Shown here: positions 35,215 to 47,064 of the stretch, in pieces
How the letters are laid out: every line of letters starts with the position of its first letter
Position numbering within the stretch: position 1 is the first letter of the stretch
DNA from: Zygnema circumcarinatum SAG 698-1b
Lineage: Eukaryota; Plantae; Zygnematophyceae
Direction: 5' to 3'
DNA: 64,000 nt
NCBI GenBank assembly: GCA_037447605.1
Contig: CM074804.1
Location: 2,914,001 to 2,978,000 of the forward strand
Notes under the pieces: generated by a model
Database searches by the model: none
Told to the model about the DNA's origin: nothing
What the model saw: the letters and a program-made list of their open reading frames with translations, nothing else
Made by a program: the position numbers and the translations under genes

Positions 35215-36290
35215 AATTAATACAACATGAGGCCTAATGTTGTAATATTTAGCTGGTTTTTTTTTCTTTTTTTTCTTTTCACAGTGACTGTGTTTGTTAA
35301 TGTGTATATTTGCGTGTGTGATTTTTCCAAAAAAAAAAAAAAAAAAATGAATCAAACTAATTAATACAACATGGGGCCTCATGTTGTAATATTTAGAATG
35401 ATTATGTTTTTTTTTGTTTTTTGTTTTTGTTTTTTTTCCTGTGATTGTATTTGCGTGTGTGACTTTCACAAAAAAAAAGAAAAAAAAACACACTAATTAA
35501 TACAACATGAGGCCTAATGTTGTAATATTTAGTTTTTTTTTTCAGTACGGTACGTTGTACGGAGATCTCCGTGGTGCGCTGAGCGCCACGGTGGCTGTAG
35601 CGTTTCGCTACAGTGTGCGTTTGTGTGCCTGTGTTTTTTTTGATTTTTTTTTGATTTTTTTAAACAAACAAAAAAAAAAAGAACACTCTCAATATTACAA
35701 CATCAGGCCAAATGTTATAATATTAAGATTGTTTTTTTTTTTTTTTTTCCCTGTGACTGTGTTTGTGTGTGTGTGTATTTGCGTGTGTGACTTTTACAAA
35801 AAAAAAAAAAAAAAAGAACACTCTCAATATTACAACATCAGGCCAAATGTTGTAATATTAAGATTGTTTTTTTCTTTTTTTTTTTCCCTGTGACTGTGTT
35901 TGTGTGTGTGTGTATTTGCGTGTGTGACTTTTACAAACAAAAAAAAAAAAAAAGAACACTCTCAATATTACAACATCAGGCCAAATGTTGTAATATTAAG
36001 ATTGTTTTTTTCTTTTTTTTTTCCCTGTGACTGTGTTTGTGTGTGTGTGTATTTGCGTGTGTGACTTTTACAAAAAAAAAAAAAAAAAAGAACACTCTCA
36101 ATATTACAACATCAGGCCAAATGTTGTAATATTAAGATTGTTTTTTTCTTTTTTTTTTCCCTGTGACTGTGTTTGTGTGTGTGTGTGTGTATTTGCGTGT
36201 GTGACTTTTACAAACAAAAAAAAAAAAAAAAAAAACTAATTAATACAACATGAGGCCTCATGTTGTAATATTTAGATTGATTATGTTTTT
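35215..36290. repeat. Tandem array of about 136-bp units, each with a 13-bp-stem hairpin around a GGCC loop and a polyT-(TG)n-polyA spacer
   Basis: AATATTACAACAT-CAGGCCAA-ATGTTGTAATATT at 35826, 35964 and 36100 (one mismatch at 35691); variants at about 35217, 35360, 35497 and 36240. Confidence 0.9.
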
Positions 36291-36329
36291 TTTTTTTAAA
36301 CCACACACAAACTGCGACGACAGAATGAG

Positions 36330-37170
36330 GCCTCATTCTGTCTTCGCAGTTTGTGTGTGGTTTTTTTTTTGGTTTTTTTCCCATTTTAGGGCTACGTGGC
36401 AACACCTGACTGGATAAGCATTTGATCCGACGAAACGCACAACCAATCAGGACGCGCGACGTGGCAACGTCAGATTTGCGGCAACTATACCCCATTTTCA
36501 TTAAATTCATCATTCACAAACTAACCGAATCCGTACACCACATAAAACACATCAAAATCAAACGCCGTCGTACATAGAAAACGACACGTGGCAATGACAG
36601 AATAAGTACGCAATATACCCCATTTTCTGCGCATTCGATCCAATGAAATGCACAACCAATCAGGACGCGCAACGTGGCAACGTCAGACTCGCGGGCCTCA
36701 TTCTGTCTTCGCAGTTTGTGTGTGGTTTTTTTTTGGTTTTTTTCCGATTTTAGGGCTACGTGGCAACACCTGACTGGATAAGCATTTGATCCGACGAAAC
36801 GCACAACCAATCAGGACGCGCGACGTGGCAACGTCAAGCTCGCGGCAACTATACCCCATTTTCATTAAATTCATCATTCACAAACTAACCGAATCCGTAC
36901 ACCACATAAAACATCAAAATCAAACGCCGTCATACATAGAAAACGACACGTGGCAATGACAGAATAAGTACGCAATATACCCCATTTTCTGCACATTCGA
37001 TCCAATGAAACGCACAACCAATCAGGACGCGCGACGTGGCAACGTCAGACTCGCGGCAACTATACCCCATTTTCATTAAATTAATCTTTCACAATATAAT
37101 CGAACCCGTCGTACGGATCAAAACGATGACAAAGCTTTTGCCTACGGCAACGCAAAAATCACGATCCCTT
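36330..37170 (+). repeat. Array of about 211-bp monomers (CCAATCAGGACGCGCGACGTGGCAACGTCAGAC...ATACCCCATTTTC), also forming the foldback arms
   Basis: Core motif at 36441, 36654, 36805 and 37016. Same orientation at about 30.0-30.3 kb; inverted at about 41.3, 43.4-43.7 and 44.9-45.2 kb. Confidence 0.85.
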
Positions 37171-37823
37171 AGTTATCATGCCATCATGGGAGACCATGTT
37201 ATCATCATAACATGATCATCTCATCATGTTATCGTCCTCTCTCTCTCTCTCTCCTCGACAAGAGGTCGTTGGCCCTGTCCCTATCCCTGCCGCTGCCGCA
37301 GGGGGCAGCAGCAACGCTAGTAGTAGGAACAACGATCTTTTAAACCCTGTTGTTGCCCCTGCCTCTTTTGCTCCTGCCCCTGCCTGCCACTGCCCTTGTT
37401 GCCCCTGCCCCACACATTTTCTCTAATTAATTCAGTCGCTTTATTTCATATGCCTATTTTATTCCAAAGCTAACGATGAAAGAAGAACACAATAGAAACG
37501 CAAAAAAAAAAAAAAAAAAAAAAAAGAAACTCTTTATATAGTAATGAGAAGCGTACAACTTAGATATACTTGGACATGCTCATCCAAGGATTGCAAGCAC
37601 CAACTTCAACTACACACAATAAAGTGAAGCACGCGAAAGCAAAGACGATCGAAAATCTCTGTGTTGTACTGAATTCAATGAGCTCTGATGGATGAACACT
37701 AATGGCGCCAATAATGGATCGCATGGAAAGTCTAGAAAAGAAATTGGAGACCACGCTTATGGAGGTGAGATTATCTGAGTTATTTTATCGCAGTTATATT
37801 TCTTTTTCATAGAGGAGACGACG

Positions 37824-38644
37824 ATGGCAAGATGTTTCCCTCCATACTTTGCATTCTCTCTTTCGTTCTCTGCAGAACGAAGAACACAAGAGATTTTTTT
37901 GGTTTTTTTGCGTCCATTTGTTTTGCTTTCCTTTTCTTGCTTTCCTTTTTTGATGTTACATGGCAAACGCAGGTATTTCATTGCTGATTGCTTGATGCTC
38001 CGCTTAGAAAGAGGAGTGCAAGCGAAGAGGATGAGAGTGAGCATGGAGGACGGGAAAAAGAAGTCTATACAAGAGGGATTTCCACTTACGGGGATGGAAT
38101 CTTTTGATGGTTGCAACAGAAAAAGAGGTTGGAGAAGTTCACAACGAAGCTCGAGAATGAAAAGGCGGAGCTTGGTGAATATTTAAGGTCTGAAGAAGCA
38201 CGAACTGGCGCTGCCTTTACACTGATACATTGGAGAAGCAGAGAGACAGATCATTGTCAATGCTTGAAGAGGCGCTTCCTTTACTGTTGGATTATTCGGC
38301 ATATGCAAATAATTTGCTTTCTCAGATCGAAAAGATGGAAGGGAAACTTCAAACGACATTGCAGGATAGTTTTCGAGTGGAGGAAGATCTACAGAAATTC
38401 AAAGCAGCACTTGAAGAAGCGCAAGAATGGAAGGGAGCGACAGTAGGGCTGCGACCAGCTCTCGACATTCCAACTTTGCTCCAGCGTGCTTGGTCTTGCT
38501 TGGCTACTTGTTCAGGTTTTGGTCGACCAATTGCTGACTAAACACTGCTGCGATACTTGGTGATGGAGACACTTTTTGACATCGTGAGAGAGGATGAGTG
38601 CAGTCTGAACACGGCGAGCGAGTTTTTGCAGAGGAAAGCAGTGG
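37824..38644 (+). pseudogene. Degraded coiled-coil-like coding sequence, frameshifted and cut by an LTR
   Basis: Overlapping ORFs in successive frames join into a helical, charged peptide (KKRLEKFTTKLENEKAELGEYL / EKQRDRSLSMLEEALPLLLDY...EEDLQKFKAALEEAQEW). No family recognised. Confidence 0.4.
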
Positions 38645-39458
38645 TGTAGCGAAACGCTACAGTCACCCACGGGAGGTGTACTTAGGGCGCGCTCTCTCCT
38701 AGTACTCTCACCCCGGGCGCGGGCCGAGTGGCCAAGGCGTCGGGGACCACCTAGGACCGGGAAGGGTCCTGGGATCCGAGTCGCGAAGACTGCAAGGGTT
38801 TATGCGCGCGCACACCAGACATACATGTATCGCGCCGCCATGTGGTCGAGGGATCACGGAATCCCGACCACACCCTTACGCTCGCCGCACCATTGTCCGC
38901 AGCATTATGGGTTACGCTGGGCACAGACGGCACTGCCAGCCCCACCCGCGCGCGCGCAGCACCCGACCATCATGCACGCGGCGGCGTTGTGCCGCGCTTG
39001 GCGCTGCGGGACTGTCGGCGAGCATCGGAATTAGACACCTCTGACCCATTTGAGTCAGAGAGGAACACGTGGCAGTCTGCCATGGGACAGCCCTGCTTCC
39101 AATCCTCCATGCTGGTAGGAGGTTCAACGGGGGAAGCGTAAAGGGGCGAGGGTGACTGTCGTCACCCAACCAACGTACCGGCATTCGGTTGCACCCCTGC
39201 CCAGGGCGGCGCCACCCTCTGAAACGCTCTCTCTCGCTGGACTCGGAGTGCTGGTGTGTGATTCCGCGCAGACTGAAGAGGCGTTTTTCAGTTGTTACAT
39301 TGGTATCAGAGCCGCGTTGCGGCCTTCTCTACCGCGAGAACCTCGTGGGTCATGGTGACCACTCGCCGGGCCGGAGGGGACCCGGGGCCCTCGGGGCTGC
39401 CACTCTCATGACTGATCCTCTCTGACGAGGTGATGTAAGATCGGGGACCGCCGGCCAC
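38645..39458 (+). mobile_element. 5' LTR (38645-39299) and primer-binding site of an LTR retrotransposon; body lost in the N-gap
   Basis: Begins TGTAGC, ends GTTACA, and is followed by TGGTATCAGAGC (39301-39312), complementary to the 3' end of initiator tRNA-Met. Confidence 0.85.
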
Positions 39459-40149
39459 NNNNNNNNNNNNNNNNNNNNNNNNNNNNNNNNNNNNNNNNNN
39501 NNNNNNNNNNNNNNNNNNNNNNNNNNNNNNNNNNNNNNNNNNNNNNNNNNNNNNNNNNTCTTATGTTTCCGAATTTTTTTCGATCTTTTCGAACATCGCT
39601 ATATCCAGGACCGGGTCCTTCCGAAATCTTTCCAGGGTTATTTGCTATACAATGCAAGAGTGTGAGCGTAAGTACGAACCTTTTTTCATCATGATCTTAT
39701 GTTTCCGAAATTTTCTCGATCTTTTTGAACATCGTCATCTCCAGGACCGGGTCCTTCCGAAATCTGTCCATGGTTATTTGCTATACAACACATAAGTCAA
39801 GCGTAAGTACGAACGTTATGTACATCATGATGTCATTTTTATCATTTTTTTTTTTTTTTTTTTTGGTAATTTTCAAAACTGCGAAATGTCCAAATTTCCA
39901 GATGTCCAGGATTTTAAAATGTCCAGCTTTTCAAAATTTCCAGCGATTTCCAGCGATTTCCAGCGATTTCCAGCGATTTCTCTTTAAAGTCCAGAGGACT
40001 GTAAAATCTTTTAAGTCCAGAGGACTGACTGACTATGGACGGACTGACTTCTGACACTGCCTAACTTCTGACTGACTGACAGACGGACTCACAGACTGGC
40101 CGACAGACTGACTGACTGACTGACTGACTTGTTAGTTAGTAGCCTCCAT

Positions 40150-40945
40150 CCTTCTTCAACACCCTCTTCAACTTCTTCCTTCGCCCTTCCACCATTCTCC
40201 CTCTCACCACACTCCATGTTCCTTCCTTCCTCCTTCCTCAACACCCTCTTCATGTTCCTTCCTCCGCCTTCCTCCTCAACACCCTCCTTCCTCCTCCTCC
40301 TTCCTCAACACCCTCTCCTTTTTCTTCCTTCGCCCTTCCACCATTCTCCCTCTCACCACACTCCATGTTCCTTCCTCCTCCTTCCTCAACACCCTCTCCT
40401 TTTTCTTCCTTCGCCCTTCCACCATTCTCCCTTCCACCACACTCCATGTTCCTTCCTCCTCCTTCCTCAACACCCTCTCCTTTTTCTTCCTTCGCTCTTC
40501 CACCATTCTCCCTTCCACCACACTCCATGTTCCTTCCTCCTCCTTCCTCAACACCCTCTCCTTTTCTTCCTTCGCCCTTCCACCATTTTCCCTCTCACCA
40601 CACTCCATGTTCCTTCCTCCGCCTTCCTCCTCAACACCCTTCTTCCTCCTCCTCCTTCCTCAACACCCTCTCCTTTTTCTTCCTTCGCCCTTCCACCATT
40701 CTCCCTTTCACCACACTCCATGTCCTCCTTCTCTCCTCCTTCCTCCTCAACACTTCTTCCTTCGCCCTTCCACCTCCCTTTCACCACACTCCATGTTCCT
40801 TCCTCCGCCTTCCTCCTCAACACCCTCCTTCCTCCTCCTCCTTCCTCAACACCCTCTCCTTTTTCTTCCTTCGCCCTTCCACCATTCTCCCTTTCACCAC
40901 ACTCCATGTTCCTTCCTCCTCCTTCCTCTTTCCTCCTCCTCCTCC
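40150..40945. repeat. Polypyrimidine minisatellite, unit about 81 bp, about 9 degenerate copies
   Basis: CTTCCTTCGCCCTTCCACCATTCTCCC...ACACTCCATGTTCC recurs at 40324, 40405 and 40486. An inverted single copy lies at about 33990-34050. Confidence 0.9.
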
Positions 40946-41929
40946 ACCAATCATTATTTGTCGGTCATTTCGGTTTCTCTGGTAGGAAGAAATGCAGCAG
41001 TAGCTGCAGCAGCAGAACGGCAGAGAAACCGCAGCGACATAAGTGTTGGTTACGGTAGATTTCGGAACAAAACGGCAGCAAGCACCACCAGCAACTCTTC
41101 AGCTAGACAGGCGAGTGTAAGAAAATGGAAGTCGGGAGGACGTGAAGAATAGGGGAAGATGATATTGCGGTTGTTCCGTAAACGTTTCGTCATCGAAACG
41201 TCGTCGACGTCACCGTACAGGCACGAAACGGCTCTATTTGGCTCTATTTCGGCTCTCTTTTTGCGTTGCCGTAGGCAAAAGCTTTGTCATCGTTTTCATC
41301 CGTACGATTATTCGATTAAGGTGTCAAAGATGATTTTGATGAAAATGGGGTATAATTTCCGCGAGTGTGACGTTGCCACGTCGCGCGTTCTGATTGGTGT
41401 GCTCTTCGTTGGATCGAATGCGGTTAAAATGGGGTATATCGCGTATTTATGTACTCATAATTACGTTTCGTTTCAACGGACAGCGTTGAAACGAAACGTT
41501 ATTCAGTTATGCTTTTATCCAGTTAGAAATTGCCACGTTGGTATTGTGGTGTTTTTTTGGATCGTTTGTAGGATATGGGGTATGTTTTTTATCCAGTCGG
41601 GTGTTGCCACGTAGCCCTAAAATGGGAAAAAAAATCAAAAAAAAACCACACACAAACTTGACGACAGAATGATGTGTCATTCTGTCGTCAAGTTTGTGTG
41701 TGGTTTAAAAAAAAATTTTTTTTTTTTTTTGGATTGTGGAACGGAATGTGGTATACGTGTTATCCAGTCAGAGATTGCGACGTGGGTGTTGTGTGTTTTC
41801 TTGATTTTTTGTAGGAAATGGGTCTTATTTTATTCAATCAAGTGTTGCCACGTTGCCAATAATTTTTGATGTTTATCGATGTTTTCAATTTCTATATTAT
41901 CGTTAATTCCACGTAAGATGTTTTTAAAA

Positions 41930-42175
41930 TGGCGGACTGGCCGACAGACAAAGTCTTTATAGTCCAGAGGACTGGCGGACTAGCCGACTGACTGACGGAC
42001 GGACACGCGAACTGGCCGACAAACCGACCGACAAACCGACTAACTCGCAGACTGCCCGACGACCGACAGACTGACTGACAGACGGACACACATACTGTCC
42101 GACAGACAGACGACTGACTAACGGACAGACTGACAGACTTCCCGACAAACTGACAAGCTAACGGACTGACTAAAA
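41930..42175. repeat. Degenerate (GACT/GACA/GACC)n tract
   Basis: Read directly; related tracts at about 40020-40130 and inverted at about 34060-34230. Confidence 0.8.
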
Positions 42176-45100
42176 ACTGTAAAAATTCTGAAAGATTAAA
42201 AAAACTGTAAAAGCGCTAAAAATGCTTAAAATATCTATAAAATTTCTAAAAAACCTAAATAATAACGTAAATATGTAAAACCTTAAAAATCTTAAAATTC
42301 CTAAAAATCTTGAAAATAGAAAATGTCTAAGAAATCATAAAAACCCTTGTTTTTTAGTCTAACACGCAAATTGAGACACGCACAAACATCATCACAGTCA
42401 AAAAAAAAAAAAACAAACTTAACAACATAGGGCCCTATGTGTAGTAGTTTGTTTCCTTTTTTTTTTTTTTTTTCTTATTTGTAGAAAAATCACACACGCA
42501 AATTCTGCCGCACACAAAAACACTCGCAGAGAAAAAAAAAAAAACAATGTAATTATTACAACATTAGGCCTTCTGTTGTAATATTATTTTGTTTTTTTTT
42601 TTTTTCTATTTTCAGATAAAAGAATGCGCACAGTCAGACAAACATACAGACATAGCCACACACACGCCGACACTCACATAATGGAAAAAAACAAAAACAT
42701 TATTAAAGAAGAAAAAGAAAAGGAAAAAAAAATGGTAAAAGCTCTCTCTCTCTCTTTCTTTTCTTCCTCCTGTCTTCTACCATTCTTCCTACCGGTTTAC
42801 CTCTACAACTCTTCTGTCTTTCTGAAAACTATAAAAGTGGGAGGAATGAGAAATTGAAGTACGAACCTGTTTTGATGCGGATTTCCAAGTTTGACGATTT
42901 CCGCTCTTTTCGATCTTCGTTATCTCCAGGACTGGGTCCTTCAGAAATCAAAGTACGGTTATTTGTCATTTTACATATGAAAATAAACATAGATACGAAC
43001 CTTTTCGGTGTTTCTGATTTTCGTTATCTCNNNNNNNNNNAAGAGACCTGACGGTCAAAGGATCTACAACGGGAGGACAATCGGTAGGTCAACCGTCGCC
43101 GTCACCGTACTGGCACGAAACAGCTGTATTTGGACAATCGTTGTGGACGAGGATGTGGGTCCATTTTTGTACGATTTTTGTAATCGCAGGATTGTGATTG
43201 TCGGTTGATAATGCTTGAAACGGGATGTTTGTACCGGTATGTGTTGGTAAACCGTAACAGCTTGTGTTGTCAAACTATGGACACGCAAGATTTGGAATGG
43301 TTCGGTTGACAACGCCCGAAACGGTTATGGTGTTGGTCAAATTAATCACAGCTCCAACATACCAGGCTAAAAAAAGAATTTAATGAAAATGGGGTATAGT
43401 TGCCACGAGTCTGACGTTGCAACGTCGCGCGTCCGGATTTGTTGTGCTTTTCGTTGGATCGAATGCGCAGAAAATGGGGTATATCGCGTAACCATTCAGT
43501 CATTGCCAAGTGTCGTTTTCTACGTACGACAGCGTTCGATTTGAATGTTTTATGTGACCTACGGATTCGATTAGGTTGTCAAAGATGAATTTAAAGAAAA
43601 TGGGGTATAGTTGCCGCAAGTCTGACGTTGCCACGTCGCGCGACCTGATTGGTTGTACGTTTCATTGAATTGAATGCGCAGAAAATGGGATATATCGCGT
43701 ACCCATTCAGCTTATGTGTTCGATCAGTTTCCGTTCCAGTTCACTTCACATAATTAAGGTTCGAAGACATTTCTATAAAAGGGCAACGCACGAGGATCTT
43801 GATGCGCAGCCTGTTATTTTCACGTTTTTCGTAATCGCGGGATTGTGACTGTCGGTTGACATTCCCGAAACGGCACGCGTGGCGCGCGGCTCCACGCGGC
43901 GTCACGACTACGCGGTGTCTCGCAGCGAGGGATGGCTGACGTCATCATTAATCGATAGAGGCTGATCGGACGGTGCAAAATTCGCGACGCGCGCGTGCGA
44001 CACCGCGACGTCGTTCATGCGACACGCGCATACGACGCGCAGATGCGACGCGCAGCCGACCCGCGCGCGCGGCGCCGCCNNNNNNNNNNAAGAGACGACG
44101 GTCAAAGGATCTACAACGGGAGGACAATCGGTAGGTCAACCGTCGCCGTCACCGTACTGGCACGAAACAGCTGTATTTGGACAATCGTTGTGGACGAGGA
44201 TGTGGGTCCATTTTTGTACGATTTTTGTAATCGCAGGATTGTGATTGTCGGTTGATAATGCTTGAAACGGGATGTTTGTACCGGTATGTGTTGGTAAACC
44301 GTAACAGCTTGTGTTGTCAAACTATGGACACGCAAGATTTGGAATGGTTCGGTTGACAATGCCTGAAACGGTCATCGTGTTGGTCAAATTAAAAACCGCT
44401 CTAACGTACCGTGTCGTGTTTGACAGATACGTAACAGCTCTATTTGTAGTTTGACAAACGGTAGCCGTTGCCGAATCCATTGTTACGACAGCCTTATTTG
44501 ATGTGACTTAATAAATCACAACGCAAACTTTCATTGAACTCGCGATGGCGAGGCCATCAAATTTACATGGATAAAGGCAAAATGTGGAACCACGAAGGAC
44601 TGGTCACAAAGGACCGAAACACAATAAAACGAAGCTAGGAGCGGAAAACTACGCCTAGGCACAACAACGCAGCCCTAGAAGCAGCCGCGAAGGTCACCGA
44701 CTTAATAAATAGTTTTGTTCGTTGATCATTTGCGTTCAGTTCGGCTTGGACGTCGTTGGTTTCTGCTGTGCCAAGCTACGTGGAATTTCTGTCACTTCAT
44801 CACGGTACAAATCTAACCTCCCTTTTTTGCGTTGCCGTAGGCAAAAGCTTAGTCATCGTTTTGATCCGTACGACGGGTTCGATTATGTTGTCAAAGATTA
44901 ATTTAATGGAAATGGGGTATAGTTGCCGCGAGTCTGACGTTGCCACGTCGCGCGTGCTGATTGGTTGTGCGTTTCGTTGGATCGAATGCGCAGAAAATGG
45001 GGTATATCGCGTTCCCATTCTGTCATTGCCACGGGTCGTTTTCTACGTACGACAGCGTTCGATTTTGATGTTTTATGTGGCGTACGGATTCGGTTAGGTT

Positions 45101-45509
45101 GTCAAAGATGGATTTAATGAAAATGGGGTATAGTTGCCGCGAGTCTGACGTTGCCACGTCGCGCGTCCTGATTGGTTGTGCGTTTCGTTGGATCGAATGC
45201 GCAGAAAATGGGGGAATATCGCGTTCCCATTCTGTCATTGCCACGTGTTGTTTTCTATGTACGACAGCGTTCGTTTTGAATGTTTTACGGGACGTACTGT
45301 TGTAAATAGGGTATGTGTCGCAGCGTGTTTAAAGTGGCCACGTGGTGCATTCTAATTGGTTAAATCGCACCTTGCGCAACTGAACAGAACACAATATTAA
45401 ACAGCTTATGTGTTCGATCAGTTTCCGTTTCAGTTCACTTCACATAATTAAGGTTCGAAGACATTTCTATAAAAAGGCAACGCACGAGGATCTTGATCCG
45501 CAGCCTGTT

Positions 45510-46236
45510 GTTTACCAATCAATCAACACACACGTGTCAACCACATCATGTAGTTAGTTACTCATTCAAAGACCCAATTGTATCAATGCCTCGCATAGCT
45601 CATCCAAAATTTTCCATCTCCATTTCCATTCATCATGAATTACTCCGAATATGATCTTCTTAGAATTCATCATAGTCTAGAAACCTCCACTCAAAAAACT
45701 AAATTCCAAATCATAACCTCCAAAGTTTTGGGTTTTAGCCACAAAAACTAAAACTAAAGAAAAAATTGAAACTTGAAATGAAATAAAGAATAGTCTTATT
45801 CTCTTGTTGCTGCTTCTAAGCTGAACAAGACGGCTCTAAAACTACTGCAAACTACTCAAAAAGAGTATTCAAACTATCAAACTGCTTGCAATGAAGAATA
45901 TGCCTTCCATTGAAAAGTTTGTCGAATGCTTCCGAAACTCGTCTTTTTCGCATCCAGTTACTGAAAAATCTGACTCGTCAGTAACAGTGTTGGGAAATGT
46001 TGAAGCAATTGTCTTCACAAAATTCTTGCAACATTCGAAAACTTCGGCGCCCTCATCTTCTTCACCGGCGCAGTTCTCGCTAAAAAACCAACGCACGCAG
46101 GCAGGCAGGCTGCAGGCAGGCGGCCAGTACTACTGTACTGCATCGTCCGTACAGGCCTTAGTTACGGGTTTTTCCAAAACCAATTTAAGGAGGAAACCCT
46201 TATCTTAAGCCAAATTACTTTGTTTGAGGATGCCTG
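45510..46236 (-). mobile_element. Second, diverged hAT derivative with a frameshifted transposase C-terminal relic and right TIR
   Basis: Homologous to 11090-11717. Minus strand reads STFPNTVTDESDFSVTGCEKDEFRKHSTNFSMEGI. Ends GAGGATGCCTG. Confidence 0.75.
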
Positions 46237-47064
46237 GCGGTGTCGCAACACCGGACGATGGAGAGCAGGAAGTCCGTACAAGGGACTGTTAGAGTTTTAG
46301 ATTTCAGTATTAGAACGTTTTAACGTTTTTTTTCGTTTGTGCTTAGGTCCTTTGCAACCAGTTCCTCGTGGTTCCCCATGCTGATTTTGTCCAAGTACAT
46401 TTGATGGCCTCGCCATCGTGAGATCAATGCAACTTTCCCCCCTCTGACTTTTAGAATTTTTGAAAATTAAAAAAAAAAATGGATTTTTTTTGGAATTCTA
46501 AGACACGACACTGCGGTATAATATCCATCCCTATTCATTATTATCCCTGCTTATAATCTTGCTTTAAATGTGCAGCGTAAGTTTTAAAGTTTTTATCTCA
46601 ATCGGTTTGAAAGTCACCAACATTGAGTCGAGTTCTGATTTCGACTGACAAGTTAGCACCATCAGGTGCCTCCAGAACATTTGCAATATTGTGGTTGCGC
46701 CGAACCTTGCACTTCAACTCAGCCCACAAGAGAAGTCCCACAAAACGTGGTTTGCACAATAGAGCCGCTTCCGTCACTATCTTTACAAAGCGCTCAGATT
46801 CATCCTTCTTGGCAAACATTTCCTGAGGTGATGAAGAAATGGCATCTTAAGGTATAAACATCGTCAAAGTATTACGTCCTCATATCAGAAAAGGTAAAAA
46901 AAAAGTCAAGCAATGACTAAATACGTTGTTACTGATGTCAACCACGAACGAGCCTATATACAGTTCAAGCACATGAAACTGAAGCCTTCAGAGTTTTGCC
47001 GGCAAATAAATTAAGTGTTATGTGCCAAGAAGAGCCAGCTTCTCCTGTTGCAACCAACCTGATT

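Larger units (their letters stand above)
29882..43820. mobile_element. Large foldback-like complex bounded by long inverted repeats (about 29882-30600 vs about 43050-43820), with nested elements and N-gaps
   Basis: The outer 500 bp or so of the two arms are near-identical reverse complements (AAAATAACAGGCTGCGGATCAAG... / ...CTTGATGCGCAGCCTGTTATTTT). A further right-arm copy ends at about 45510. No TSD or transposase seen. Confidence 0.6.

Noticed and set aside
35215-36290. CRISPR-like appearance (palindromic repeat with regular spacing)
   Set aside because: The spacers are near-identical rather than unique, there are no cas genes, and the context is eukaryotic.
40129-41152. Long Pro/Ser/Leu/Glu-rich ORFs (up to 309 aa)
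   Set aside because: By-product of a stop-poor polypyrimidine minisatellite.
43040-44370. Duplicate block at 43040-43320 and 44090-44370
   Set aside because: Both start right after N-gaps and are essentially identical; probably redundant contig ends.
29765-46236. A single 16.5-kb hAT element enclosing the whole nest
   Set aside because: The ends are hAT-like, but the 8-bp flanks differ (ACGAACAG vs GCGGTGTC) and the TIRs belong to different subfamilies.
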